64,000 nt of DNA from Chthonomonadia bacterium (GTDB taxonomy: Bacteria; Armatimonadota; HRBIN16). How positions within the stretch are numbered: the first letter of the stretch is position 1; every line of letters begins with the position of its first letter. This document shows positions 18,969 through 29,326 of the stretch, piece after piece. Where the stretch lies: contig JABUFA010000008.1 in NCBI GenBank assembly GCA_013314755.1, positions 708-64,707 of the forward strand. Reading direction: 5' to 3'. The notes beneath the pieces were generated by a model that saw nothing but the letters and a program-made list of their open reading frames with translations, made no database searches and was not told the origin of the DNA. Position numbers and translations under genes: made by a program.

Positions 18969-19943
18969 GTGCACGACTGGCAGCACGCGATTGCCGGTGG
19001 AGTGCTGGCGGTGGCGGTCTTTCTGCTCATTTGTGGGGTAACTGCTCCGCTGAGCACGCTGGTGTGGCGGCTCCGCCGCCGGATAAACCTTGCCGACTTG
19101 AAAGTCGCCCTGGCGCTGGTGACGTTGTTACCCCTGCAGGTAGCGGTGCTGGTAGCCTTCTCGTTCTCATTGCCCTCCTGCGTCTATCAGAGCGGTTGCT
19201 ATGCGGGCTGGCTACAGCATCTCTTCGGTGCGGGCTTCTCCCTGTGGATGCGTCCCATTGCTGTTTTCGTCGGGGGTATCCTGGTGGTATGGATAGCCCG
19301 GCTGGTATACAGGGGAGCATCGCTGATTCGCACCATGTGCGAACTGTATGCCCATTCACATCCGCCCTCGCCGAAGTTGCTGACGGTGCTTCGTCAGGTG
19401 GTTCCGCAGGACTGGCACTCGCGCTTTCGCGAGGTGGACATGCCCTCCGAGGCAGATGGCGTGTATGGGGGAACCTGTTTGCTGTCGCGCGAAACGGTCG
19501 GCAGTCTGAACGAGGCGCAGTTGAAAGCGGTTGTGGCTCACGAGTATCAGCACCTGCGGGCAGGAGATGGCTGGTTCGCGCTGTGGGTGGGACTGCTGGT
19601 GAACAGCACCGCGCTGGGGATATGGAACATGGCTTACCGCTACTGGAGCAGGGCGGCGGAACTGCTGGCAGACGCCAGAGCGGCGCAGTCGGGCGTGGCA
19701 CGCACGGAATTGGCTCGCGCCCTGCTGAACCGTCAGGCGGAGGCACAGGGCATGGTGCTCGGCTTCGCCTCGGAGGGCATACTGCTGGAGGAGCGGCTGC
19801 AGAGTCTGCTCGCCTCCCAGCCTCTGAAATCCTCTGCCCGGGTAACGTGGGTGCTGATAGCGGTATGTGTCGGTGGAGTGCTGTACCTGGTGTCGAAGGT
19901 GGGAGCCGCTTCTACCTGCACGGTACACTGTGTCCTGTTTTGA
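18969..19943 (+). CDS. M56/M48 (BlaR1-like) membrane zinc metallopeptidase
   Basis: Several TMs; LNEAQLKAVVAHEYQHLRAGD (HExxH), ELLADARAA, LEERLQSLL. Ends in CTVHCVLF with no penicillin-binding domain. Confidence 0.82.
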   Translation: MHDWQHAIAGGVLAVAVFLLICGVTAPLSTLVWRLRRRINLADLKVALALVTLLPLQVAVLVAFSFSLPSCVYQSGCYAGWLQHLFGAGFSLWMRPIAVFVGGILVVWIARLVYRGASLIRTMCELYAHSHPPSPKLLTVLRQVVPQDWHSRFREVDMPSEADGVYGGTCLLSRETVGSLNEAQLKAVVAHEYQHLRAGDGWFALWVGLLVNSTALGIWNMAYRYWSRAAELLADARAAQSGVARTELARALLNRQAEAQGMVLGFASEGILLEERLQSLLASQPLKSSARVTWVLIAVCVGGVLYLVSKVGAASTCTVHCVLF

Positions 19944-19959
19944 GTGAGGAGGTGTTGGG

Positions 19960-20175
19960 ATGCACGTACGATTGAGCGCACCGGATATCGCCTGCAAAAG
20001 CTGCGCGAACGCCATCACGAACGCCCTGAACCGGCTGAGCGGCGTCCAGCAGGTCACGGTGGACATCGCCGGCAAGCTGGTGGATGTCCAGTTTGACGAG
20101 GCTCAGGTGAGCATAGAGCAAATCCTGCAGCGTCTGGACGACGCCGGGTTTCCCGCCACGGTGGTTTTCGGCTAA
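19960..20175 (+). CDS. Heavy-metal-associated (CopZ-like) chaperone
   Basis: 71 aa; DIACKSCANAI HMA motif, LDDAGF; AGGAGG RBS. Confidence 0.88.
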   Translation: MHVRLSAPDIACKSCANAITNALNRLSGVQQVTVDIAGKLVDVQFDEAQVSIEQILQRLDDAGFPATVVFG

Positions 20176-20178
20176 CCG

Positions 20179-22887
20179 CTATCTTGCGGCGCTGGTCAGT
20201 TCGATATCATCCAGATAGAAGACGCTGGTATCGGTGGCGTTGCTCACAAAGCCGACCCATGTCAGCGTTTCAAATCCCTCGTCGGCGGGCAGTCCGTCAA
20301 AGCGGTGTTCCGTGCCGTCGGGCAGGGTAAAACGCACACCCCATCTGCCCCCGCTGGGATTGCCTATCTGCGCCCAGACCTCCACAACGACCCACTGGCT
20401 GACCGGAATGGCGACCGGCTCCGCACCCCGCACCCGCACAGTGCCTCCCTCTATGCTGAAACTGGGTCCCACGCGGTAGGGAGATCTGCGCCAGTCGCGC
20501 CACTCGTGGTGCATCACTGCGCCCGGCTCCACGCGCAGAGCAAACCGGAGGCGTGTTGTGCCCTTGCGGTGGTTCGGCATGTAGGCAAAATGCGGATTGA
20601 AGGCAAACTGCAAGCCGGGCGCGTCGGTTACTTTCAGGCATCTTCTGCCGGTGAAGGCGGCCTCCTCCGTCACGGCGATGCTATCGCCTTTCCCTTCCAC
20701 ATACACCTGTGCTCCGACAGGCGGCATTCCGACTGGCGTGCTCTCGAAGCCGTCCTTCAGGCTGAGCGGCGGCGGTTCGGGGGCGAACTGCACCGGCGGA
20801 TACCGGCGGGAGCGTGCCCGCTTGATCCACTGCGCGTCGCCGGTCACGCCCGCTCGCGTGTAGTCAAACGGTTTGAAGCCGATGCGCTGAGCGGGGGAAC
20901 CCGGGCGCAGGCGGAAGTCGTAGCGGTCGGCGTCGTAAAACAGCGGGTCGGCAATCAGGGAGCCTTCATCTTTGCCCAGCTGGCGCCATTGCTCCCACGA
21001 AAGGTCTTCAAAGGTGAACGGTTGTGCGCCCGCTTTGTAGTAAAGGTTTTGCCTCAGGATGACGTTCGCATCCTTCCATGAACCGAAGAACAGCGGTCCC
21101 TCTTTCCAGTAGACGATATTGCGCTCGAAGGTGAAGGAGAGATGCGGTTCCACGCGCGAGCGCTGGAGCTGCCCATCCATGCTGAAGGCGAGAATATTGT
21201 TGCGCACCACGTTCTCGCGCCCGTAGTGCTGGTGGTAGGTGCCGGTCTTCACGTTATACACCAGGTTGTTTTCCATCACGATGTGCGTGCTTCCCTCATC
21301 GTTATACAGTCCCCAGCCGCCGCGTCCGTAGCGGTCATAGGAGTACACGTCGTGGATGACGTTGTTGCTGACGGTAGTGCCGTCGGAGACGCCCAGCGTA
21401 TACACACCGCCCATATCGCTGAGCACTCCCCAGCCCAGATGGTGGATGTGGTTGAACTCAATACGGTTGCGCTGAGCGCGGCTTTCACCGTATCCCCACG
21501 TCCAGCCCACCGAAACGCCGGTATAGAAGAAGTCGCCGAGGTCGTTGTGGGTAATCTGGTTATCGCCGCTCTGTCCGATCCACACTCCTACCGCGCCGTG
21601 GTGGATGCGCCCGCCTTCCTGAATGATGCAGTTGTGCACGGTAATGCGCCCGGTCTCCTGGCTGGCAGGAGGGATATTGCCCTCGCCGATGCGCACTCCA
21701 CCTGCGCCCATATCGTGCAGATGGCATTTCTCCACGCGGCAGTCGGTGCAGGCGCGTCGGAACCAGATGGCGTACGTGCCGATATGGGCGATTTCGCATT
21801 CCCGCAGGGTGATGTGCCTTGCTCCATCTGCCATCACCACCGCCGGAACGGTATAAGCCGCCTGCCAGTCGCCGTGTCCCTGGGGAGGCAGAACGTACTG
21901 CGCGTGGCGGAAGGTCAGCCCCCTGAAGGCGAGATGCTCCACCCATTTGCCCTCGTCGGGCTTACCTTCGAAGCGAATGAAAGCTTCGGTGACAGGAGCA
22001 AACACCTGAGCGGTGCGCATGTCTTCACCCGGCAGGGGCTTGTAGTACAGCGTGCCATCGCGAGAGAGGAACCATTCGCCCGGCTGGTCCAGCGCGTCGC
22101 GGAAGTTTTCAAGGTGGTATCGCTGATTGGGTCCCCAGTACAGGAAGTCCCAGGTGTGTCCCCCTGTGGTGATGACCGCGCCGGTCTCCGCATCCACCGA
22201 GGCGATGCGATGGCGCGAAATCTCCCACGAGTGGTACACCACCACCGTGACATCGCGCAGCTGTTCGGGCGAAAGGGAAAGCAGGGGGCGGATATCCTCC
22301 CGTCGCGCCACGAAGGCTCGGTTGGACAGTTTGGTGCGCTGACCGGTCAGGGGGTCTATGCCCTCGTCCACGCGGCTGAGCATGTAGTGGTAGAAGCGGT
22401 TGGGTGAGCGGGCGCGGGTCGCGCGTCTGCCGTTCACCCATAACTGTTCAAAGTACCATTTGCCCTCGCGCACCTGTTGAACGGTGGCTGTCCAGATACC
22501 ATCCGTCCCCTTGCGAAAACCAGCGATGCGCCTGCCCCCTTCGAACACGGGTTTCGCGCCGGGCATCGCCTCGTAGGTGATGGGCGTGCTGGCGGTTCCG
22601 CTGTCTTCGGGGGTGAAGATAACGGGTTCGCTCATCGGGTATGTGCCGGTGGCGAACAGCACCTGCACGGGCGCACGCAGACCTCCAGCCGACCTCAACC
22701 GCCTGACCGCATCCCGCGCCCCCTTCAGCGTCGCGAGCGGTCCATCCGTTCTCCTGGCGTTGGGACGTGCCAGCCTGCCCGACCAGCGGTCGTTGCCGTC
22801 CGGTGCCACATAAATCCTGATCGGTTGCGCAGTCGCCCCCACCATCAGCGCAAGCAGTGTCACGATGAGCAACCACCTTCCGCGCAT
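20179..22887 (-). CDS. Secreted right-handed beta-helix protein (GH141-like) with a C-terminal lectin-like domain
   Basis: Signal peptide; [49 protein letters not shown]; parallel beta-helix repeats. Confidence 0.78.
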   Translation of the reverse strand: MRGRWLLIVTLLALMVGATAQPIRIYVAPDGNDRWSGRLARPNARRTDGPLATLKGARDAVRRLRSAGGLRAPVQVLFATGTYPMSEPVIFTPEDSGTASTPITYEAMPGAKPVFEGGRRIAGFRKGTDGIWTATVQQVREGKWYFEQLWVNGRRATRARSPNRFYHYMLSRVDEGIDPLTGQRTKLSNRAFVARREDIRPLLSLSPEQLRDVTVVVYHSWEISRHRIASVDAETGAVITTGGHTWDFLYWGPNQRYHLENFRDALDQPGEWFLSRDGTLYYKPLPGEDMRTAQVFAPVTEAFIRFEGKPDEGKWVEHLAFRGLTFRHAQYVLPPQGHGDWQAAYTVPAVVMADGARHITLRECEIAHIGTYAIWFRRACTDCRVEKCHLHDMGAGGVRIGEGNIPPASQETGRITVHNCIIQEGGRIHHGAVGVWIGQSGDNQITHNDLGDFFYTGVSVGWTWGYGESRAQRNRIEFNHIHHLGWGVLSDMGGVYTLGVSDGTTVSNNVIHDVYSYDRYGRGGWGLYNDEGSTHIVMENNLVYNVKTGTYHQHYGRENVVRNNILAFSMDGQLQRSRVEPHLSFTFERNIVYWKEGPLFFGSWKDANVILRQNLYYKAGAQPFTFEDLSWEQWRQLGKDEGSLIADPLFYDADRYDFRLRPGSPAQRIGFKPFDYTRAGVTGDAQWIKRARSRRYPPVQFAPEPPPLSLKDGFESTPVGMPPVGAQVYVEGKGDSIAVTEEAAFTGRRCLKVTDAPGLQFAFNPHFAYMPNHRKGTTRLRFALRVEPGAVMHHEWRDWRRSPYRVGPSFSIEGGTVRVRGAEPVAIPVSQWVVVEVWAQIGNPSGGRWGVRFTLPDGTEHRFDGLPADEGFETLTWVGFVSNATDTSVFYLDDIELTSAAR

Positions 22888-22905
22888 GGGTTCCTCCCCT
22901 GAGTA

Positions 22906-25272
22906 TTAATCCGCCGGCACAAGATACACCCGGTCCACCCACACCGCTTTCACGTTCGCCTCGCCTTCGCTGACGTGCACGGGACCGTCGATACCCGATG
23001 CCGGCGGCGCCACCCAGATATACATGCTAAGTTTCAGTTCCACCGTGCCGATGAGGAACGAGCGGTAGCTCTTCTCATCCGTGTCGGCGATTTTGCCGCG
23101 TATCTCGCCTGCCGATTTCCACGCCGCTGTGTCCCAGACGCCTGCCCAGAAGGCATCTTTCTGGGGGTCTACGTTCGCCTTTTTGTCCACTCGCAGCACC
23201 ACGTACACCTTCCACCGCCCTTTGTGCGCACGCTCCGGCAGGGCAGAGATGGGCACATGATACGCCCACTCGTGGTGATTGCCGGGCATCTTCACCGCCA
23301 ATCCATCCGATGCCAGCGGGTCGCCTGCGTAGACGCCCCAGTTGCCTTCGTTGGTGATGCGTGCCACCGATTCCTGAGCGTCCACACACTGGCGCGGGTC
23401 TACCCCAGCGATGTCCGATGGCGGCGGGATGACGCCGGTCCGGCGCACGCTTTCGGGAATCACGGGGTCAGGCTCATCCACCGCGAACCGCTCGATAAAC
23501 TTCTGCGGGGTCAATCCGCCCTCGTTTACATGGGTCATGGGCGACCAGCCTTTGGGACCGGGGCCTGTCGCTACCTGCAGCCACTCATCCGCTACCGCCT
23601 TGCGCGACAGGGGCAGGGGCCATTCGCCGCCCTTCAGCAGGCACTCGCGGCGCAGGCGTGTCCAGTTGGTCAGGAAAGCGTAGCGCACCGGCAGGTGTCC
23701 TATCCTGACGCGCCACAGCAGGTCGGGGTTGTCCTTCACCGCCTGTTCCGCCTTCTGCCACAGCTTCTCCGCTTTGCTCAGGGTCTCGTAGTTCAAGAAG
23801 GGAGCATTGGTGCCGGTGAAACAGGTCATGTAGAAGTCCTTTGCGGCGTCCGCCATCATCTCCATATACTGCTTGATGTAAGGCGCCGCTTTGCCGTAGT
23901 AGCCCTTCAGGAACTCGTCAATCAGCTTGCGGTCGTCCTGATAGGGGTTCCACAGCAGTTGCGCCAGCACCCACGCCCGCAGTTCCGAAAACTCCGAGCC
24001 GTGCGACTGGTATGCGCCCTGTTCAAACAGCCCGCGCACGCCATGCTGGTGGAAGAAGCGCACGTTCGGTCCCAGCACGAAATAGTTGGGATGGGGCTGA
24101 ACATAGTGTGCAAAGTTGGTGGTGTAGTCCCACACGTACAGGCGATTGCTCATCTGCGACCAGCCGCGGATGTCGTCGGCGAACGCTTTGTTGCTCGGGT
24201 GCTCTAACGGCTGGGCGAAGTTGCATTCAATAGAGCACAAACGCACAATCACATTGTGGCGTGGCTTGAGCGTTTTAGTGGGTTTACGGGTGTACTGGTA
24301 TGCCAGCGTATCAAACGCCACGTTGGGGAACTCGCTCTCCAGCCGCTCGGCGATGTAGTTCAGCAGGTCCAGCACCGAGCCGGCATGAGTGCCTTCGCGC
24401 TCGTCAATCGCCTTGCAGTTGTCGCACTCGCACGCGCCGCCCCAGTCGTTCTGGGAGATGGAGATGATGCTCGCTTCGGGCGACTCCTTCAGCCACTGGC
24501 GCACGCGCTCCACCAGAAACTCGCGCAGTTCGGGGTTGGTGGTACACAGCTGGGCGTGCTGGTAGGTGCGCTTGCCGCCGATCAGGCTGTACCATTCGGG
24601 ATGTTTTTCGAAGTACTGTTCGGGCGGAACCAGCGGGTAGAAGGTGTGTACGAAGCCCTTGTAGATGATTTTGCCACCGTGCTTTTCGGTAAGACGGGCA
24701 GAGTGGCCGTTATAGTAGTTTCGCGCCGCCCAGTCGCCGTCAAACGCAGGATACCAGAACGGCTCGCGATACTCGAAGGCAGGTTTCTCTTCGATGGACA
24801 GAGCGGACACGCGCAGGGTGCTTTTCTTCGGGATATGCGTTGCCCAGGGCGTCCACCAGCGCACGCCCAGCTGTCCGCTCAGGAAACGATATACCGCATA
24901 AAGCGTTCCACGCGGACGTCCGCCTGCCAGCAGGAGGTGGTTGCCCTTCGTGCGGATGGTGAGCTGTTCGCCGCCGAACTCGGCGAGTTTCACTTCGGGG
25001 AAAACCGCCTCGGCAAGGTGTCCCGGTCCAATGATGATTCCGCTCTGGGGCACTTCGCCCGGGTGCACCTCTCGCAGTTCAAAACGGGCGCCCGTGATTT
25101 GCTGGAGATGGCTTGCCAGCTCCTCAGCGGCGTAGCGCTCGGTCTGCGTTGCGCCGTACTGGATGAGGATGGGTAATCGCGCCCTGCCTCCTGTCGCCAG
25201 CGTCACCTGCGCGTGAGCGGACGCTGCACACAACAGAATCAGCGCGGGATAGATTCCAAGACCTGCTTTCAC
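22906..25272 (-). CDS. Secreted DUF4838-domain protein (GH-like)
   Basis: Signal peptide; GH20/67-like N-domain (RGTLYAVYRFL, GVRWW), FVHTF, QLCTTNP, SISQND, LAYQYT, VWDY. Confidence 0.78.
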   Translation of the reverse strand: MKAGLGIYPALILLCAASAHAQVTLATGGRARLPILIQYGATQTERYAAEELASHLQQITGARFELREVHPGEVPQSGIIIGPGHLAEAVFPEVKLAEFGGEQLTIRTKGNHLLLAGGRPRGTLYAVYRFLSGQLGVRWWTPWATHIPKKSTLRVSALSIEEKPAFEYREPFWYPAFDGDWAARNYYNGHSARLTEKHGGKIIYKGFVHTFYPLVPPEQYFEKHPEWYSLIGGKRTYQHAQLCTTNPELREFLVERVRQWLKESPEASIISISQNDWGGACECDNCKAIDEREGTHAGSVLDLLNYIAERLESEFPNVAFDTLAYQYTRKPTKTLKPRHNVIVRLCSIECNFAQPLEHPSNKAFADDIRGWSQMSNRLYVWDYTTNFAHYVQPHPNYFVLGPNVRFFHQHGVRGLFEQGAYQSHGSEFSELRAWVLAQLLWNPYQDDRKLIDEFLKGYYGKAAPYIKQYMEMMADAAKDFYMTCFTGTNAPFLNYETLSKAEKLWQKAEQAVKDNPDLLWRVRIGHLPVRYAFLTNWTRLRRECLLKGGEWPLPLSRKAVADEWLQVATGPGPKGWSPMTHVNEGGLTPQKFIERFAVDEPDPVIPESVRRTGVIPPPSDIAGVDPRQCVDAQESVARITNEGNWGVYAGDPLASDGLAVKMPGNHHEWAYHVPISALPERAHKGRWKVYVVLRVDKKANVDPQKDAFWAGVWDTAAWKSAGEIRGKIADTDEKSYRSFLIGTVELKLSMYIWVAPPASGIDGPVHVSEGEANVKAVWVDRVYLVPAD

Positions 25273-25412
25273 CTTCGCCCTCCGTGTGTCAGATGGATTG
25301 CTACATACAGATTCTCGCGCGCACAGCCCCTTCCTGCCGGTCGTGCGACCCCTTTATACCCGTTGTGTTGCGGGATTTTGTGTACAGGTTCCCAAAAATC
25401 ACGCCGAATCGC

Positions 25413-25441
25413 TTGACAAATCCCAAAAAAGGGTATACAAT
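25413..25441 (+). promoter_or_regulatory. sigma70 promoter of the DUF1559 gene
   Basis: TTGACA-N17-TACAAT, near consensus. Confidence 0.75.
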
Positions 25442-25452
25442 CATAGTGTAAA

Positions 25453-25470
25453 CTCTTAAACGATTAAGAG
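25453..25470. promoter_or_regulatory. LacI-family-type operator
   Basis: Palindrome CTCTTAAACGATTAAGAG (one mismatch, AAnCGnTT core) just downstream of the predicted transcription start. Confidence 0.65.
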
Positions 25471-25591
25471 AACGACCCAAGAAGCCACTGAACAAGGTAT
25501 CAAGGCACGATGTTGCCTTATACAACGCGCTGTTTACCATCCGTACGGCGCCATATACACAATCTTAAACTTACAGGAGGGTGCATCTAGC

Positions 25592-26416
25592 ATGAACCGT
25601 AAAGCGTTTACGCTCATCGAGCTGCTGGTGGTGATAGCAATTATCGCCATCCTCGCAGCCATCCTCTTCCCCGTCTTCTCGCAGGCACGTGAGAAGGCAC
25701 GCGGGGCGACCTGTCTGAGCAACCTCAAGCAGATTGGTCTCGGCGTGATGATGTACGTGCAGGACTACGACGAGACCTTCCCCATGTCCCAGTATGGTGG
25801 CGGTAGCACCGGTGTGCCCCAGCAAGCGTGGTACAGCGTCATCTGGCCCTATATTAAGAACGGCGACCGCTATCGCGATGCACAGGGAGTAGAGTACAGC
25901 TGGGGTACCCATGGCATTTATGCCTGTCCGTCCTTCCCCGACAGGAACCAGAGCGGCAAGTACGGCTGCCACTACGACGTGTTTGCTGATTTCTGGAACT
26001 GGCCCGTTGGAGGCAACGATGCCCGCCATCGCGTGACGCCCATCTCCGCGCTGGAGACCCCTGCCGAGAAGGTGATGATTACCGAGAAGGGTGTGAACGA
26101 TGCCTCCTGGGGCTGGGTGTACTTCGGCACCTGGGAGTGGGACTGGGTGGACTGGATTGGTCGCCCGCCACAGAGAGATGGTGCGAACATCGCTCTCCAG
26201 CGTGACTGCGACTTGGTCAACGATGGCGACGGCAACGCCACCTGGGCAGGCTGTGGTATGATGCCTCGCTATCGCCACACCGGAACCGCCAACGTGGTCT
26301 TCTTCGACGGTCACGCCAAGGCGATGGGACGCGGGCAAATCCTCTGGTACAGGAACATCTTCGTGCCAGTGGGACTGCCTGCTCAGTGGGTATCCGAAGG
26401 CTGGTATCCATACTAA
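25592..26416 (+). CDS. Prepilin-type N-terminal methylation / DUF1559 / H-X9-DG domain protein
   Basis: RKA|[60 protein letters not shown]. Confidence 0.92.
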   Translation: MNRKAFTLIELLVVIAIIAILAAILFPVFSQAREKARGATCLSNLKQIGLGVMMYVQDYDETFPMSQYGGGSTGVPQQAWYSVIWPYIKNGDRYRDAQGVEYSWGTHGIYACPSFPDRNQSGKYGCHYDVFADFWNWPVGGNDARHRVTPISALETPAEKVMITEKGVNDASWGWVYFGTWEWDWVDWIGRPPQRDGANIALQRDCDLVNDGDGNATWAGCGMMPRYRHTGTANVVFFDGHAKAMGRGQILWYRNIFVPVGLPAQWVSEGWYPY

Positions 26417-26432
26417 TCCATTCCGTCAACAC

Positions 26433-26454
26433 GGGGGCAGGGTAACCTGCCCCC
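26433..26454 (+). other. GC-rich intercistronic hairpin with GNRA loop
   Basis: GGGGGCAGG-GTAA-CCTGCCCCC with no U-tract. Confidence 0.6.
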
Positions 26455-26478
26455 AATTCGCTGGAGGAGAGATGCAGG

Positions 26479-26739
26479 ATGGATAACAACAAGAAGGTGC
26501 TTGTCGCGGTGGTGCTGATTATCCTCGCGGCGGTGATATTCGCCTTCCAGTATCAGCGCACGAAGGAGCCACCACCCAAGCGAATGACCGTCGAGGACAT
26601 CAAAGCGGAGATTCAGCGCATCCAGAACAACCCGAACATGCCTCCGCAGGCAAAGGCAATTGCCATCAACCAGCTCCTGCAATATCACCCCGAGGCTGCG
26701 AAGGAACTCCAGAGCCAGCAGGCAACTCCTGGCAGGTAG
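26479..26739 (+). CDS. Small membrane-anchored hypothetical protein
   Basis: 86 aa, N-terminal TM helix, GGAGG RBS; follows the DUF1559 gene. Confidence 0.75.
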   Translation: MDNNKKVLVAVVLIILAAVIFAFQYQRTKEPPPKRMTVEDIKAEIQRIQNNPNMPPQAKAIAINQLLQYHPEAAKELQSQQATPGR

Positions 26740-26756
26740 TTATCTGGCTGGTTTGC

Positions 26757-26783
26757 ACAGGGCATGCTTCCCGCATGCCCTGT
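26757..26783. terminator. Probable bidirectional terminator
   Basis: ACAGGGCATGC-ttccc-GCATGCCCTGT between convergent genes. Confidence 0.65.
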
Positions 26784-26788
26784 ATGTA

Positions 26789-27682
26789 TTACACTCCTAA
26801 CTGCTGCCCTATCCTCTCCAAAAACTCGCGCGAGCGGATGTACGCCCTCTCAATATCCGGCACGTTGCCGATATCAATAGCCACATAACCGTCGTAGCCG
26901 TGTTTGCGCAGGGCGGTGAACACGCCTTCCCAGTCGATAGTGCCTTCGCCCAGGGCGAGGTGTTCGTTCGTTCTACCGTCGTTATCCGAGACGTGCACGT
27001 AGAAGATGCGTTTGCCCAGCTTCTCCACCGACAGGGGCAGTATCTCCTTCTGGGCGTTCTGGTGGCCGGTGTCCAGCACCATACCGAAGTTCTCACTGCC
27101 GACGTGCTCCCACAGGCGCAGGAAGGCGTCGGTATTGCTAATGAGTTCGCCCACGCGCGGCTCTAAGCAGAACTTCAGCCCCGCATCTCTGGCTCGCTCG
27201 GCGCAGAAGCGGAAGCTATCCACCATCGCCGACCACAGCCCCTCCCAGCGGAAGGCAGGGTCTATCTTCACCTTGAACTGCCTACCGAACTTGATGGCTT
27301 CTTTGTAGGGAACGTCGCCCACGAACTCCAGCGGCGGGATGAAGCTGTCGGTCTGAACCGTCTCACAGCCGAAGTAGTTTGCCAGCTCAACGCCGAGCAG
27401 ATAGAGGTCTTTCGCTTTCTGGCGTTTTGCCTCATCCAGCGAAACGATGTCGGGCAGGACAGGGCAGAAGTTAATCACCTTCAAGCCCAGCTCCTCGCAG
27501 TGCGCCTTCAGCTCGGCACGGTGCTGGTAAACCTCTTTCAGATTCTCCTCGCGCACGCCTTCCAGTTCGATGCTGTCGAAGCCCATCTGCTTCATCTCGG
27601 TCAACACCCTGAAGGTGTCCTCCAGCGAGGGCGGATAGCCGTATTTACTGATGGCATACAGCCAACAGCAGCTGATTTTCAC
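26789..27682 (-). CDS. Sugar phosphate isomerase/epimerase (xylose-isomerase-like TIM barrel)
   Basis: GFDSIELE, FCLEP, LDTGH, VHVSDNDG...HLALGEGTIDW. Confidence 0.85.
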   Translation of the reverse strand: MKISCCWLYAISKYGYPPSLEDTFRVLTEMKQMGFDSIELEGVREENLKEVYQHRAELKAHCEELGLKVINFCPVLPDIVSLDEAKRQKAKDLYLLGVELANYFGCETVQTDSFIPPLEFVGDVPYKEAIKFGRQFKVKIDPAFRWEGLWSAMVDSFRFCAERARDAGLKFCLEPRVGELISNTDAFLRLWEHVGSENFGMVLDTGHQNAQKEILPLSVEKLGKRIFYVHVSDNDGRTNEHLALGEGTIDWEGVFTALRKHGYDGYVAIDIGNVPDIERAYIRSREFLERIGQQLGV

Positions 27683-27705
27683 CGGATGTACCTCCTCTCC
27701 ATCTA

Positions 27706-28392
27706 TTATCCAAAAGTAGGCAGAAGGTTTGAGCGCAGGAATGCCTCGGCGTAGCGCGTGCCGCGGGCGTAGCCGCGCACCATCCCCAGCGCCTCGATGT
27801 AGCTCATGATGCCCGGCAGAACCGCGAACTGACTCTGCTGGGTTTCCATCGCCCGAAGCTTTTTGGTCATAAACTCGCTGATGTCTATCAGCAGGGAGGG
27901 ATGCGGGAACAGCTCCAGCACCTCGTAGTAGTACAGCTCAGGCGTGTACCACGGCTCGCCAAGGTCCGCCAGCACGTTTTCATACGCCTTCCAGCGGGCT
28001 TCGTCAGTAAGGGCTGAGATGGCGCGATGGTCGCGGTGCTTATCCTCGTTCCAGTGAGTAAGGATGACATCGGGGCGATATTTGCGTATCAACTGCACGC
28101 ACTGCTGATAGGTCTCGCGGTCGTTCACGACGCCCTGTGTGGGCTTGCCCAGGATTACCCGCTCGGTGATGTTCAGTACCCGGTCGCACTCTCGCGCCTC
28201 CTCGAGGCGTCTCTGGGCAATGGTGTCCCTCTCTTCGGGGCTGCTGTAACCTGTTTCGCCCGCGCAGAAGGTGACCACGAACACCTGCCTGCCCGCCGCG
28301 GTGAGGCGGGCAATCGTGCCCCCGCAACCGATAATCTCATCGTCGGGGTGGGCGGCAAACACCAGAACTCGTTGCCAGTGCTCGATCATCAC
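27706..28392 (-). CDS. PIG-L family deacetylase
   Basis: AAHPDDE and DKHRDHR metal motifs; YAEAF. Confidence 0.88.
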   Translation of the reverse strand: MMIEHWQRVLVFAAHPDDEIIGCGGTIARLTAAGRQVFVVTFCAGETGYSSPEERDTIAQRRLEEARECDRVLNITERVILGKPTQGVVNDRETYQQCVQLIRKYRPDVILTHWNEDKHRDHRAISALTDEARWKAYENVLADLGEPWYTPELYYYEVLELFPHPSLLIDISEFMTKKLRAMETQQSQFAVLPGIMSYIEALGMVRGYARGTRYAEAFLRSNLLPTFG

Positions 28393-28398
28393 GACCTC

Positions 28399-29211
28399 CT
28401 ACAGGTTACGCTGCCACTCACGCAGGACCGCCTCTGTGTCCTTCATCCAGCGATAATCGGGGGCGTCATTGGGGATAAGGTCTCGGCTCTCCCCAGCCAG
28501 CGTCCACAGGTAGTACACGCGCGTACCGGGCGCTGCGGCGATGGGGTGGTAGCCCTTTCGGATTAACAGCACCGAGTTATCGCGGATGGGATACAGCTCG
28601 TCTACGTCGCCCTCGGCGGTGTACAGCCTTGCCACACCGAAGCTGTTCGCGGGCTGAACCTTGAAGAAGTACACCTCTTCCTGCTTGCTCTCGAAGGGCG
28701 GGTGGTGCACGTCGTGCTTGTGCGGGGGCCAGCTGGACCAGTTGCCGGGCGGGTTAATCGTCTCGCCCACCACCAGACGCGAGGCGGGGATGCGTTTGTC
28801 CACGATGTCTTTCACGTCGCGCCGCCAGTTCCACACGCCCACATCGCGCACGTTCACCTCTTGAGGCGCAATCAATCGGGGCTCGCCCGCGGCGGGTACG
28901 CGCGTCTGGCTGATTGCCACCTCCGCCTCGTCCACCACCTCAACGGTGATGCTGGTATGGTTGGGGGCGTACAGGCTCCAGGCGTTGCCCTCAAAGACAC
29001 TGCGTCGCCCGCCTACTTGGGGGTAGGTCTGTTCGTTTACGTGCAGGTGGCATCTGCCCGACAGGATGACCAGCACCGCCTCGTGCTCGCCGGTATCCAG
29101 CGTGAAGGTATCGCCGGCACTGCCCCTGTAGACGCCGAACTGGATATATTCCATCTCGCCCTCGCGGACGAGCGAGTTGTATCCCTGCTGAAGGGTTACC
29201 TGTTTCATCAT
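28399..29211 (-). CDS. iolB: 5-deoxy-glucuronate isomerase (IolB/KduI-like cupin)
   Basis: GGRRSVFEG, LVVGETINPPGNWSSWPPHKHD, EEVYFF, KGYHP, YYLW.LAG. Confidence 0.88.
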   Translation of the reverse strand: MMKQVTLQQGYNSLVREGEMEYIQFGVYRGSAGDTFTLDTGEHEAVLVILSGRCHLHVNEQTYPQVGGRRSVFEGNAWSLYAPNHTSITVEVVDEAEVAISQTRVPAAGEPRLIAPQEVNVRDVGVWNWRRDVKDIVDKRIPASRLVVGETINPPGNWSSWPPHKHDVHHPPFESKQEEVYFFKVQPANSFGVARLYTAEGDVDELYPIRDNSVLLIRKGYHPIAAAPGTRVYYLWTLAGESRDLIPNDAPDYRWMKDTEAVLREWQRNL

Positions 29212-29326
29212 CTCCCATCCCTCTACCAGATAGTTGTGTGTACCCTGTTCCAGCTACGGGGAGGGGATTCCTGCAGTGGGGTATCGGTGGAGTTTGCTCA
29301 CCCATGCGAGATGGTCGGGATTGGGG

